Shown here in pieces: positions 37,800 through 52,118 of a stretch of DNA of 64,000 bases. How positions within the stretch are numbered: the stretch's first letter is position 1; each line of letters opens with the position of its first letter. The notes under the pieces were generated by a model. That model ran no database searches, had not been told where the DNA came from, and saw only the letters and a program-made list of their open reading frames with translations. A program made the translations under genes and the position numbers. Origin of the DNA: Oopsacas minuta (lineage: Eukaryota; Animalia; Porifera); NCBI GenBank assembly GCA_024704765.1, contig JAKMXF010000111.1:1685627-1749626 (forward strand), given 5' to 3'.

Positions 37800-40700
37800 T
37801 AACGAAGAAGTTAGCAGCCAATTCAAGTTAAAAAAACGTGTTCACTTCAATCATGTATTTGACCGACTTTCCGTATAGCTAGAGAAAATAACTTGGTATT
37901 GTTCGAAAGTATAGCGTTGGCGCATTAAAAAATATCATCAGAATTGTGAAGATGTGTGATGACTTAGCATTGAGGTTTTGAATATTTTCCATTCGTGTCA
38001 ACTATAATGTGTTATTTGACCGGCTTCTCATTATTATTTTGATACAAATTTTCTTCTACTGGCTATTGAGGGCTGGTGGATTATGTGTTTAAAATTGCTT
38101 TTAAAAATATTCATTACTTTTTGAAATATTTTATTTTAAAATTTCAACGAAGAAGTTAGACTAGGGTCACTTCAGTGAACTAATTTGACTCACTTATACT
38201 CATCAGATTTAAAAGAAATTAGTATTATTGGAAAGAGGAGAGTTGAACGTTTTATACAATATGTTTTGATTCTCAAAACATTTACTATTAGTTACTTTTT
38301 TGGTTAATATTTTTAGTGACACGACTCCCTTGAATATACCCACCTAAAAGTCAGAATTCAATTCTGATATTATATAGGCATACTTTAGTGATATCGTCGT
38401 TTATTAAAATTAAATTTCATTAAAAAATATTAACAAATCGTGGTGCTAGAGGAAATCAAATTTTAAGTCGGAAGTGAGAGTGGTAGGGGATTAAACATAT
38501 TCTACATAAAGTAGGGTCAGTTCAAACTCATGTTTCTTACCCTAAACCCGACTGAATTTCAATTATTTTAATGCTAATCGGTAGTTGAGATAAGGACGTA
38601 TATAACAATTCGATATTTTTCGTGAAACGCTAAAATTATCACCTGCAACGGCCTGCAAAAATCGGTAAATTCTCAGGTTTTTTGTGTATTACGAATTTTA
38701 AGTTTGAGATTAATTCTTGAAGTTATTTCTCATCACAACCCCTTCAAAATTTATAGATGCCTTCTTTCGTATCTCATAATTCAATTTCCTTAAAAACAAC
38801 AAGGGTGGCTACTAATCTTTCTATGATTTTTATATTTATTTTGTTTTTTCTCAATTTTCCTCAGTTGCTTCACTATAATTATTGTGTTTTAATATGGTAA
38901 TTATTGCATAGGCTCTACTTGTAAGACTATCAACACTTGCTTAGATCATTAGTACGTATAGGAAGTCATATCGTCGTACTTGTTATAGTTCCCTTTGCAA
39001 CTTCTTTCAACAAATACTTAAATTTAGGGACTCATTTGTGTTAACCTACACACAAAATGAGTTGGTATACATTATTTGTTGTGTAGTATCACAGATGATT
39101 AATATTATGGTGTTTATCCCACTCTCATATTATAGAATTTCTTCCTCAAGATTGTTCAGAGCTATTTACCATTTATGATTAAAGCGATATACAAATATCA
39201 GTATAAATTTTGAAATGAAAGATTCCAATTTATACTATATGAAAACTTCCTCTTCGTGTCTGAAATTATTACACAATCAGAAACATATATTGCCCTGTAT
39301 GATTCTTACTATTGTCTAAACACTTGAATATACATACATATATTACACATACTACTTGTAATTTGGCATAGGGGAACCAGGAACCAGTGCATAGACAGAA
39401 AATATTCATAATAATTCATTTAATAGCTTTTAAATAATTTGCTAACAAAAATTATCTAACAATCTTCCCATATTTCTGCGCTCGCTATAAGATAAATTAC
39501 TACCATAAGCACCCGTAGTATCTGTATGATGAGTTTAAAGAGATCCTTCAGAATACAACTTGACCACTACACAATTATTCAAATAATTCTTGTCCTCAAT
39601 AGAAAATAGATATGCTCTACATTTAAGGAATTACACTCTGCTCTAGCCAGTATAGTTACCCGTCTAATCAGTCTTGAGGCCCCTCCTAAGCAAATCATAG
39701 TTTCTGAATAATGAATTATCTCAATTTCAAGTCAACTCGAGAGCTGACCTCTAACAATGTATCCACAACTTGTTCACTTTCTACATTATACTTAGGATTG
39801 TGAACCTGGGGGGATTGGTTCCTTAACTAATATTCAACACGAACAAGGTATTCAGAATAAACATTTTGTATGCTGGTAATACCATCAGTATCGAATTCCT
39901 TTCCTTGTTCCCATTCTCAGCTAATGAAAAAGCTCAAAATTTCCCCATTTAAAGACACATACTTTTACCAAACATTTGATAAACTAAACTATGACCAGGT
40001 TGTGTTAGAACTAACTACAAAACTATTGCTATAAGCACCTGTGATGACATTAACGAAGTGAAAACACAGATCAATAAGACATGCATCAGTGAATTGCAAA
40101 AATCCAGATATATTACTAGCATTAGATAACCTATAGAATTTTGCGCCATCTATCCACAACTGAGTTTAAGATGTATTAAAGGCTAAGCAATTTTCTTCAG
40201 AATTTTCAATAAGAAACATATTGTCTCGTAACTCAAATTCAAGTGTAAATATAGATTACCAAATGATGAAACTGATATTGAAACATTCAGCTACGGTCTT
40301 ACTTACATCATAAATATTTATCAACAGACGAGTATTTAGATGTTGGATAAAATTAGATATGTTAGTTCCGAAGAAAAATACCATAAGATTGATACAAATT
40401 TTAGTGATAACGTATATATTTACTTGTATGCACAAGAATTAAGTTTTAACATTGACTCAAAATGAAAATGGACCCTTCAAAATATATTACCACCAAATGT
40501 TAAAAAGTAGTAGCGCCCCCTGTTGTTTTTAAGGAAATTGAATTATGAGATACGAAAGAAGGCATCTATAAATTTTGAAGGGGTTGTGATGAGAAATAAC
40601 TTCAAGAATTAATCTCAAACTTAAAATTCGTAATACACAAAAAACCTGAGAATTTACCGATTTTTGCAGGCCGTTGCAGGTGATAATTTTAGCGTTTCAC

Positions 40701-41522
40701 GAAAAATATCGAATTGTTATATACGTCCTTATCTCAACTACCGATTAGCATTAAAATAATTGAAATTCAGTCGGGTTTAGGGTAAGAAACATGAGTTTGA
40801 ACTGACCCTACTTTATGTAGAATATGTTTAATCCCCTACCACTCTCACTTCCGACTTAAAATTTGATTTCCTCTAGCACCACGATTTGTTAATATTTTTT
40901 AATGAAATTTAATTTTAATAAACGACGATATCACTAAAGTATGCCTATATAATATCAGAATTGAATTCTGACTTTTAGGTGGGTATATTCAAGGGAGTCG
41001 TGTCACTAAAAATATTAACCAAAAAAGTAACTAATAGTAAATGTTTTGAGAATCAAAACATATTGTATAAAACGTTCAACTCTCCTCTTTCCAATAATAC
41101 TAATTTCTTTTAAATCTGATGAGTATAAGTGAGTCAAATTAGTTCACTGAAGTGACCCTAGTCTAACTTCTTCGTTGAAATTTTAAAATAAAATATTTCA
41201 AAAAGTAATGAATATTTTTAAAAGCAATTTTAAACACATAATCCACCAGCCCTCAATAGCCAGTAGAAGAAAATTTGTATCAAAATAATAATGAGAAGCC
41301 GGTCAAATAACACATTATAGTTGACACGAATGGAAAATATTCAAAACCTCAATGCTAAGTCATCACACATCTTCACAATTCTGATGATATTTTTTAATGC
41401 GCCAACGCTATACTTTCGAACAATACCAAGTTATTTTCTCTAGCTATACGGAAAGTCGGTCAAATACATGATTGAAGTGAACACGTTTTTTTAACTTGAA
41501 TTGGCTGCTAACTTCTCCGTTA
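37800..41522. mobile_element. Fold-back element with ~1,002-bp near-perfect inverted arms and ~1.7-kb spacer; superfamily unassigned
   Basis: Arms 37800-38801 and 40521-41522 pair at a constant coordinate sum of 79322 at every position checked (no indels). No TSD and no long ORF identified. Confidence 0.9.
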
Positions 41523-41971
41523 CTCTATAGCAGTTTATGTATTGGTCAGATTGATACCAACCAACTGGACCGTCTCATATACATCAGAAAGCGTATGGGT
41601 TTACAATTGTTTATTGCCTTAAATTAGGGGTCTAGGAAGGCGGCCCCAATAGCCAATACCCAAGCCGTTATAAGGTTGAACTTAGTCATGATCTATTTTT
41701 GGTAAATACGCTTACGAAATAATTATTTCCCATTCATTTCAAAACGATGGGCATTCGAATGAAGGTACACTGTTTCCAGAAGGGATACTTCTTATCTGAA
41801 CCCATAAAGGGAATTTAGCGTGCCATTTGTAGATATGAATGAATAATATTCTCTCTTTCAAAATCCTGGTGAACATTGCCTCTGTACAAATAATATAATT
41901 ACTCTACACCTAATTGGATATCAAAAACGATAATATTGACAAATCTTCAGGCATAATAAACAATAAAGATA

Positions 41972-42400
41972 TTAAGATTTTGAATTAATCAGAGCAAGTT
42001 TTGATTTCTTGTAAGTATCAAATGCCTTTTGAAATATATCAAGTACAAAGTCAACTTGTTCCTCAGTTTCATAGACGTAGCATGTGAATTTATCTTGCTG
42101 ATGATCATCTCGTACTATATAGGCCACGCTCCTTGAGCCCTGTACAGCGCTATAAGTAACATTTTTGATAGAAAAGTGAATAGGTGGGATTGAGGTATTT
42201 AAACTATGTGCTTTTTCAATGACGTGAGTTGTCACTCCAGAGCAAGTCACCTCGACCAATACAGGCTGTACAGATGTGACACGCATTCGACGACGCTCAG
42301 AAAGGATACGTGCCATTGCTTCTTTAGCAACCTCACGACCTGAACCTTTTCTAGTTGAAACTGAACCGATGAAATTAGCACTAAGAGAATAAAACGACAT
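41972..42400 (-). CDS. Small stand-alone PTB/PID (phosphotyrosine-interaction) domain protein, single exon, 142 aa
   Basis: F...A.FIGSV.T.K.SG..VA..AMARI, then I.NVTYSA....VAYIVRD...FTCYVYE......V.DIFQKAF, matching the Shc/Dab/Numb/CED-6-type PTB pattern; ORF is intact. Confidence 0.78.
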   Translation of the reverse strand: MSFYSLSANFIGSVSTRKGSGREVAKEAMARILSERRRMRVTSVQPVLVEVTCSGVTTHVIEKAHSLNTSIPPIHFSIKNVTYSAVQGSRSVAYIVRDDHQQDKFTCYVYETEEQVDFVLDIFQKAFDTYKKSKLALINSKS

Positions 42401-43024
42401 ATCAGTTACGGTTATAATAAACTATTTGTACCCATATCGGTTGTAATTATTTGGTAACCAAACTGATGAATAGTCTAACAAAATTAAATAATTTGTCTAA
42501 CAGATTTGCCTCTACCAAAATTACTTAAAAAGTTATCAAAATGAGTAAAAATGTCTGCATAATTAATGAAACTAGCACACTTTGCTTGCTAGGTCGCTGC
42601 GCGACCGGATATACTCAGCACTAGTGTTTCAATGTTAATTTTTTGTGGAAATTTGAATGTGTATTATCCATGGTCCATCCAAATTCCATTTATTGGCCTT
42701 TTATGGTTATACTGGAGCTGCTGCGAGATTTCAAACTTCTTTAATTAAATATGCTGAACTGTGGCAAAAATGTGATACTCAATAATAAATAAGGTGAGAA
42801 TTACGTCATAATTTCGTCATTGGTTATAGTCTCAGCTATCGTTTTCGTTATACACGCCTACTGTTTACTTAGGGGAATAAAATACTCAAGTATTAATTCC
42901 ATGCATCTGATTAGGAAGGTCAATATTGTTGTTTACAAATTTTGATCATGCTTGGATTAGTTAAATTCTAATCCAAGCATAATCAAAAAAGGTCTGTGTG
43001 AAAATCTCTACATATATCATTCAG

Positions 43025-46000
43025 CATAGCCTACTAAACATAAAGCCATTTCACTACTTTGGACTAGGGATAGAATCCAGTCGACTTTTTCTGGACTACA
43101 ACACATTTATATCATTATAAATTACTTTATTCTTCTTCTTATTTAAGTATTATTATCATAAACATAGCAGCGTATATTTAATTGCCTCCCAGCACAAACA
43201 CAAATATATAATATGACATTATTAATTTAATGATGTATACAATTAAATTATTTAGAAGATAATTTGAGATATTTCTTTTGATTATCTTTGAAATAGGTAG
43301 TGGGACCATTTCGATTCTTGGCCTTATTGTTAAGTACACAATTGGCTACCGTTGTCAAAAGTGAATGGAATAAGCCTTTCCTTCTGTACAGTAATCGAAA
43401 AAAATCCAAGTTTTCAAAGTCCTCATTATCAAGTTTAAGAAGAGTTAGCTGCACTAAAATTGATCTTGAATCCGATCGTAGAAAATCATTGACAACTGGC
43501 TAACGTTCAATATTTGTAAACACTTCCAGATTGTAAAAAGAGAATTAAGAACTTGTTTAGATGGCCATGCAAGTCCGCCACGATCTAGGAGTCGAATCAG
43601 CGATAAATTAGAATCTAGATCTTCTATTTCTATAGTCTTATCCTCAGTTAGTAGAGAGCAACATTTTGGGCACAATTCTGAAGTTTTAATTAATTTCCTT
43701 ATCAAAGAAAAGCTGCATACCCTCTGATGAACCTAGCCCTTGTCTTGTATCAGAATTCGGGGGCAAATCTTCAAAAGAGAGAACACATGTAAAGTGATTA
43801 ACATCCATCTTATCACCACAACTAGTTGTACAACCAAGATCAACAGCATTTTTCCTGGATTCGAAATCTACTGATAAATTCCATAAAGGAGCCTCTACCT
43901 TTACGGTCATAATCTTTCCTATGATATAACTTGAGTATATTGGACAATTTTAGTACCCTTTCACTTTCTTGTACTTGAGATACAGAAACATTATAGTTTG
44001 ATCCTGACATCTGTCGATATAATCCAAAATGGTGTTCAATTGGATCATTTTGTATAAAAGATGACAATACAGAGAATCCACATTCTCCAGTCATATATTC
44101 TACAAGTTTTGGTAGAGCAATGCTTGAATGGCGAAAGCTAGTAAAGGTCTGAGCTGTTAGTTTTCCTCGTGTAAATGGTAAGCTTCCCAGGACTTTAGCC
44201 AATGATGTAAATTAAACCTGGGATCATCCTGCACAAGTGATAGAGAATCTCGATCATTGAGACGAACGCCCTTCCAAGGAGCGTTGACATTGAAAAGCTT
44301 CCAGACTTGACAAATTAAAGCTATAAAGTCACCAGTCTGATTGCTTTGAATAAAATCATCGATTGATGTAAGATCAAGGCAGCTACATTATTGTAATCAA
44401 ATATCCGAAGTGCAAGCTTAACGTTCAGTTTATCTAGGACAGATGGCCAACATGATTTGTAATTTAATTTTGGTGCTAGTTTTGCAACAGAAAATTGGTC
44501 TAATTTGAATAGAGCCTCAAATCCTAAATTAGAAGGAATGGAATAAAAAGTGTAGATGAAGTATCATAATAATTCAAAAATACCTGAAAAGATGCTTTTG
44601 ACAATCGTACTGGGTGAGTAGAATTGGAAATATCTTTAAAGTTTGGATAAAAGAATTTACAGTCATCATCTTTTTGATTGACCCAAATATTCCTAATAGA
44701 CTTGATAATGTGTCCAAAATCAAAACTCGATAAAAATAGCGTCCACTACCATTGGGATGAGAGACACAGCGTAGAAGATCTGTATTATTCCCAAGTAACT
44801 TGAAAAGATTCACATTCAAATGATAGTTATCTGAAGCTATCGCATCTACAATTAATCCACACTTTTCGATATCACAAATTATTCACTGAGTAAATGGAAC
44901 TAAATCTGTTGCTTTAGGATTGGTTAGTGGGAACAAACGCACAACACTAGATCATTTCTTATACAAGCTGGTAACCATAAAGCATAAAATAGTTTTGGCT
45001 GCTTCTATCTCATCTGATTTTGAACATTCAGCAGTACCAATAAGCTTTCCTCCTTAAAAAACACAAAATATATAGAATAACTTCATGAATTGAAATAATA
45101 CAGCAGCGAACCTTTATAATTAATGCAAGATTTCACATGAATCTCATCAATATGAAGGCAAATATGACGTTCATACTGATTAAATTCGGCTGTCTCTGCT
45201 CTAAGTCAAGAAATCCGCATCAAGCCCATATTTAGAATATTACCAAAATAATGATGATTCGTGAGGCAGAGAAACACAATCCAAATACGAAGTTGTCTTT
45301 AACAAGCAGAGATGATAAATGACACTTTACAGATAGTATCATTGTAACCGTATTATACCGGCGACGTGTTTTTCTTTACAGTAGAGTTTTCTAGCTGGCC
45401 CAAATATATTAGAGCTGAGACAATAGGTTGGGGAACTTGTAGGTACCTAGAACCATAAGATAATTTGTAATCGTACTCACATGAATTTAGATTTTATATA
45501 TTATGAATCCTACCTGACTGATCGAATACTTGTTCCAGCAAGGAAATAGTTTGTTTCATGGAAGAAATGCAATGTCAAAGCTCTAAATAGATTGTAAAAA
45601 GTTGGGTAATGTTCGAAACAATGTTCATAAACTGTACAGTGTATAGGGAATATATCTTACCAATAACAACTGCATTATACTCAGTGTAATTAGACAATTC
45701 ATTAATCAATTTAGAGATCTAATGCATATCACAAATAAATTTGATTGATAGATTCACTACCATCCCATGATGGCAACATCTCACTTGAAGAAATTTGTCA
45801 ATAGTAAAACTATCTTGTACAGAAATAACTCCACTATTTGTTGTTAGTTGGACGATACTAATTACGTCGCCCATATTCTAAACAATCCACTCTTGGGGAT
45901 CTTTATGTTATGTGACTTAGTGTTTATGTCATTTAAATTAGAGACAGTGAATTTTCTCTGCTCTTCTTCAAATACATCAACCCTCTGTTTAATTGCCTAT

Positions 46001-46782
46001 ATAGTACAATACCATAAAACATGTAAGAATAAATCTTAAATATTTGACACAACTTGATATACTTGGATCTGTAAATCACGTTCCTTTTTGTCTTTATCAA
46101 GCCTTGGATATTTAATGGTGAGATCATTAAGACGATCAGGGCAACCAGGAAGACATTTCGGTATTGCACCTTTTTCAGAGTATCCACTATTGATCGTGTC
46201 TTCGTTTGATTATCAATGTCAAGATAAGTTTGCGTGTCAACTATATCATCAGAATCAAAGTGCTTAGCACAAACAAAAATGTTTTTCATCGTGTGAAGAT
46301 TTATCATATAATTACATATTGACGGAATGATAAATTAAGCCTAAATCGTAGAAATATCATTTTAATTTATATCCAAGTTCTAAAGAAATACTTACTAACT
46401 ATATGCAGAAATCGTTTCCACTTATGGATGATATCTTGCGGCTCAGAAGGAATGCGAAACACTGCAATGCCACTATGATCATTGTAGTATCCAGTAGTAC
46501 ATCTGGGAGCAGAACACGAGTTAGGCATGTGCCAAAGAAATAAATACACAATGAGCTAATATTATTTAAGCAAAATAAGTTAAAATTATTAGAAATTGAA
46601 TTTAGAATAACACAAATTCACAATACAAATCTCAGGAAATTATTGATAAACCTGACAACAATATCAGTTTTATTCAAAAAATATGTATTCACATTGTGGG
46701 TGTATAAAAAAATCCTCTTCATCCTATCCCTGGTCCAAGCCCATTTAGCTCAGTGAAATGGCCTTATGTTTAGTAGGCTATG
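43025..46782 (-). mobile_element. P-superfamily (THAP) element, 3,758 bp, 31-bp TIRs, 7-bp TSD
   Basis: TIR CATAGCCTACTAAACATAA(A/G)GCCATTTCACT at both ends with one mismatch; CATTCAG duplicated at 43018-43024 and 46783-46789. Confidence 0.9.
43248..46528 (-). pseudogene. Decayed THAP-P transposase
   Basis: MPNSCSAPRC...FRIP...W from ATG 46528 and IFVCAKHF (THAP); IQNDPIEHHFGLYRQMSGSNYNVSV and LDRGGLAWPS (THAP9/P-like core); many stops and frameshifts. Confidence 0.85.
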
Positions 46783-47815
46783 CATTCAGTTATAATTCGG
46801 GAATCGTAATTGAATACGTAATTAAACTTCAACATTCAGAGGCAGTCTCAGGGGTCCGGATCCTCCATTTCTGAAGGAATGAAACGAAACCCGGACAAAA
46901 TTGTGATATTTAAAACAACTCTACTAATATTTGATATTCAAATAATTAATACTGTAACCCGTATCATTACTGATGGTGTACCTGTAAGGCAAGGGTGGGC
47001 ACACATTTGTACATGAGGGCCATTATTTTGTTCATAATATTTTTCCCTGGCCATCTTGTTTCCAAATATCTAAAATGTGATAGAAGCTGACAAAATTTAG
47101 ATGAATTCATCAATTAGTTACTAGTTAGCTAGTATAGTGATGCTAAAAGTTATTAAATGAATTTCTTCTAAATACTATTATCAATGTAATGTATGACACA
47201 GAGTTGCACGCGGGTGGCCAGCTGGGCACGGACCGACTGTTTTTATCGGCCCGTGGGCCGTGCGGGCAGAAGAAAATAGTTTGCTGGCTCCACGGGACGC
47301 AAAGCTTGGCAGGACTCCCTGTGATGACAACTGAGATGAACAGTTTTAATTGTCACTAGGTACCAATTAAGAATACTTATGTAATTAGAACTTTGTAATA
47401 AATTGCGTGAGATATCAATATCAGATTAAGTGTATAGGCTGTTCTCAAGAAATTTCCAAGGCCCTTAACTTAACTACATTCGATCAATTCACAAAAAACT
47501 GCCAATTTACTATCGAAAGTAAGATTAACTCTCTCGTATGTAGAATATGCAACCACCAAAATCATGTTGTGCACTTTCAAGGGGATTTGGTCAACTGTCT
47601 TCGTTGAGTATTCTAGAATTGGGCAATCTTTAGGTGCTTGAAAAGAACATTGAGAAGAAAACTCATCTCTTTCATCAGAGCAAACTCTAATCCTTCAAAC
47701 TCATTGGGTATACGCATCTATTTAGGAATCTTTTCACCCTAAAAACCTTCATTGGCACAAATTTTACCATTACGATGGAATGAGGAAGAAAAAGATACAA
47801 TTTGAAGAAATTTCT

Positions 47816-48239
47816 AATCAGCCACAAAATAGTAAAGTCAACTTTGTAGTGTACATACTTATTCCATGCTAGATGACTTTTAGCTTAGGCATTGTAGTCA
47901 TTTTGTACGTAGCGTTTGAAAATTAATAAAAATATATAGGAAAACAATTTGCATTGTAGAGTCAGATTTTATCTACATAAATGGGCGAAGTTAGGGGAGG
48001 GCTAATTATGAAAAGTTTAACCTCCAGAATCAGGTTCGAAGAAGAATACCAGTCAGAATGATTACTAAGTCTGATACCGCTTGTATCTAAGTGGAAGATA
48101 TAGTATATCCTGAGGGTGATAACTCATTATTATGCGTAAGAAGCCATATACTAGTTAACGCTAAACCGTAATAATAAACAACTTAAGTCATAGATTGTAA
48201 ATCGCCAACATTTCCCAATTGACAACATCCCGCACAACA
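47816..48239 (+). repeat. Dispersed repeat, direct copy of 2-425
   Basis: Collinear match; both copies end at CATCCCGCACAACA. Confidence 0.9.
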
Positions 48240-51200
48240 TATATATACTGAAACTGAATTCTAAAATACACGAATTTCAACTTTGTTTTACGGTAAAAAT
48301 AGTGTAGGCCGAAAACCGCATTGTATACTAATTGATATCTAGGAATCCGCTTATGCTAGAAGCAGGAAATATATTATGGTGAATATGAATTCATATTTTG
48401 TCATTCCAACTGTGATAATGGTTTACTGGGAATAATAGTGGAGTATAGATAGTGTGATATTCACACTTTTCCATAATTGGGAATATTGTTCAGGCTTAGT
48501 AATTATTTTCCACTTGAAATCACTCGATTATAAAAAAATTCTTCGAACCAGCAAATACATTCAATTTCCACAGGCATCACTAAAATCTAATGAATTTTGA
48601 GAAATTCGAAGCCCAAATTTTCAAAGAATTACTGACGTCGGTCTATGTGCGAACAATTATTAGCCCAAACCGATATTATGGGGAACCGATGGTACAGAGT
48701 AATAGAGAATCGTCAGCGTTTTCTACTAAACCAATCACTGAACTTTTGCCCATAAAAACCGGTTTGGGCTATAATTGTCACATATAGACCAAGGTCAATA
48801 ATTTTTTGAAAATTATGGTTTCTAATATTTCAAAATGATCCTAGAAATAGGCTTAAATATAACAAATGCATGTGGAAATTGAATATATTTGTTTGTGCTT
48901 TGAGGAATCTTCAAGAATCATGTAATTTCCGGAGGAAAAAATTACGTACCCTTGATAGGATATGTACTATATACATGGTGAAAATTTCCTATTCGAATAC
49001 TGCTTTAGAAATTGAAATGTATTGTTAGATAGTGGGTATTCATATTTAGGGGCTCAGTTTATTACATTAATTTACCTAAATTATTTGTGAAATGTAAGTT
49101 ATGGCGTTTTTCACACATTTCCATATATGGTAATATCCTTAAAATCTCGATAAGTTAGCTTTAGACATATGAAATTATTTATTTCACTTCGGAACGAATG
49201 AATATGCCACACAATTGTAGAATCACAATTATTTCTGAAATGCGCCAATTATTTGCTTAGTAAACAATACATTCGCAAAATTAATTACTCTAAATGATCT
49301 ATCTTTGATGCCATGTAGAGCTAGGATTTTGAAATACTAAATGATCTAAAACAGTTTCTACACATAGTATACAGTATTTGTCATAATAAATTTGGCACGT
49401 TTCTGAGGTACAGTAGAAGCATGTATGGCACATGTTGTGTCAATATCGGCTTATACCTCGATAATCGTTGAAATTATGGTCAAAATCAGGATACCAATAT
49501 GTAGTATACATAGTGGGCTCTTCAGCTCAATTACCCCAATTTTTTGATTCCACTGATTTAGACTGCTAATAAGAGATCATAATTACTGCAATTTGGACCA
49601 TTGTGACCCTAAAAACCTGCTAACAAGCGAATTTTGCTAATAAGGCACTTGCTAATAGACAAACTTAACTGTATTTAAGTCTACGACTATAAAAGTATTT
49701 CCATAGCATAATTCATTAATCTACTCTCAATAGCGTCCTAAATATCAAGAGTTTTGAAAATCTGAGTGGGGTATCATGATTATCTTCCATTCACATCGTA
49801 TACTTTGTTTGACTGGTGTAAACAAAATAGTGGTTAATCATTAGGCTAGATAGTTTTGAAAATAGGCAATCAACTCTAAAAACGTCCAGCTGACAGACTG
49901 ATAAAGGGTAGTAAGAAGCTCATGGAAAGTGGGGCGGCCAATGTTAACATATTAATATAAAGGGGCAGCTATGATGACTCATGGCCAATAGAACTAAAAT
50001 TATATCACACAAAAAGTTGGACGCTAAGGCTGCCCTAGCAACCCCGCTCCCGGTACCCCTGGATAGTGCAGATCAGGGTTATGTATTTTTGTTCTTTCAG
50101 GGGGGCCTGTCCCCCTGACCTAACTGATTTTGGGATATTGGATCTGGTAAATATTTCAGGATATTCAATATTATTCGTCCCCCCACTGAACTTCATATTC
50201 TATCCTCAAATCCTATGGATAAAAAATTCTAAATAAATATCCTGTCTAACCTTCGAAACGAAATCTCTAGCATCAATTTGAAATATGTGTAAAAAGGTGT
50301 GAAATATGATTAATCACCAAAATGCTGTGAAGTATTCTTTTAGAAAATATTCATAGCCGAAGTGCAAATCTCCGTCCCGAAATGTATATGTGCACCGATT
50401 TTCATGTAAATCGGATTGCTAGATTTCGCACCGCTGCGCGGACAGACGTCACACAGAGTGCATGCCATTAGGGTATCTCGCTAAGTCCCTATAGGAGCTG
50501 AACTAAAATATGAATATTATTTTATCTACTAATCCATTTTGCTATTAGAATTGATAGCTCGTGAATAAAGTATATGTGCCTTATTTCAATGCTTAATTTT
50601 GCTTTGCAAACAATTTACGATGGTAATTCCAATTGAAAACTTGAAATCTTTAAAAATTGGACCATATTTGTAACATATTTTTCAAACTCAAGGGTTACTA
50701 GTATAGTCATATTTTCAAACCATAAAATTTCTATTAATTAAATTGGCCTCGAATTCAGCCAAACTGAAATTAAGACTATTCGTATATATATTGTTCATTC
50801 CGACCGATTTCTCCCCTTGATTCATTGTGGTACATACCCAGTTTCTCATGCCCTAGACACACAATTCATATGATTCATTATGATTACGCCATGCTGACGC
50901 AACAAAATTTGAAAATTATTAGTTTTCACCGTAGGAGCTGAAATTTATATGGAAGATAGACATTAATACTACAGTAACCTATTTCAGTCCCAATTTAATC
51001 GAATTATGGATAGTGGACTTATTTATGATTTAATTTTATGCTTACGTCATCATAACTAATTAAATATTCAGATCTTAGTAACTCCTGAATGAGAAAATAT
51101 AGAGGTAAACTTAAGACAGATGAAATGTTCAGTATGGATTACTCTACAAAATTATGACGACGTCATAATAACGTAACAAAAATTTGAATTTTGTCAGTTT

Positions 51201-51692
51201 TCCCCTTAAAAGCTCATTTGTCCAGATGTCCAACCTTTCATCATTTTAATCATTTAAAATTAGGAAACAAACTCCATTCCCTTCTGTGAGGGGATTTTTT
51301 AGATGTATATTTAAATCATTACTCTTTTTCTTTCTTCCCTTCGTTGTCATGGCATTTGGGTCGAAGTTGGTGATTCCGGCAAGTGTGATGTGGTAGGTGT
51401 TACAGGAGGCGATTCGTAAGCTGGTAGATTGTGGAATCGTTCTGTAGTGTGGTAGATAGTTTTTGGACCATAAGTAAACTGTTCAGGAATTTATTTGCTA
51501 TTTATTTCTGGCTGACTATCGGGAAATTCAGTCACTACCATATTTTTCCTCAAAAGAAATCATAAAGAACTATGGGGCATGGAGTTCTAAACTACCTGGA
51601 CAGTAAATCGCATTCAGCTCAGACTGACTCTTGCTTATTTAGCAATTCTTCCGACAAATGCTCCCCTTAATTGAATATAAGAATATATTTAA

Positions 51693-52118
51693 TGGGATCT
51701 AAGGCTATTTTCATGCAAAATATAAATTTGTTTAGATAATGTTGCACATTCCAGAGTTATTGTTGCAACCATGGATGCAACATTTTTGTTGTATTCATCA
51801 ATAACTTAACAATATTTCATCCTTAGTCAAATCGTTCTGAAAACATGAAGTTTCTCATAACCTGATAATACATTTCGATACGATATCTGTGGCGATTATG
51901 ACCCAATCCTGAGAATGCCTATTTATCGCATTATTCATTACTGTGCAATATTATTTGGAAATATCTTATCGAAATGTATTATCAGGGTATGGGAAATCGG
52001 CTATATTAAATGAATATCAGCAAACATGTGGTGTCCATGGTTGTAACTTGAGCTTATAACTATGCAAACATCATCAAATAAAATTTGATATTTTGCAAGA
52101 AAACAGCCTTAGATCCCA
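51693..52118. mobile_element. Palindromic MITE, ~426 bp
   Basis: TGGGATCTAAGGCT ... AGCCTTAGATCCCA termini flanked by TTAA and TTGA, with further internal inverted blocks (CCATGG, TGATAATACATTTCGATA). Confidence 0.7.

Noticed and set aside
46985-47320. Decayed hAT-MITE-like segment
   Set aside because: The termini are too degenerate to pair and no TSD is visible.
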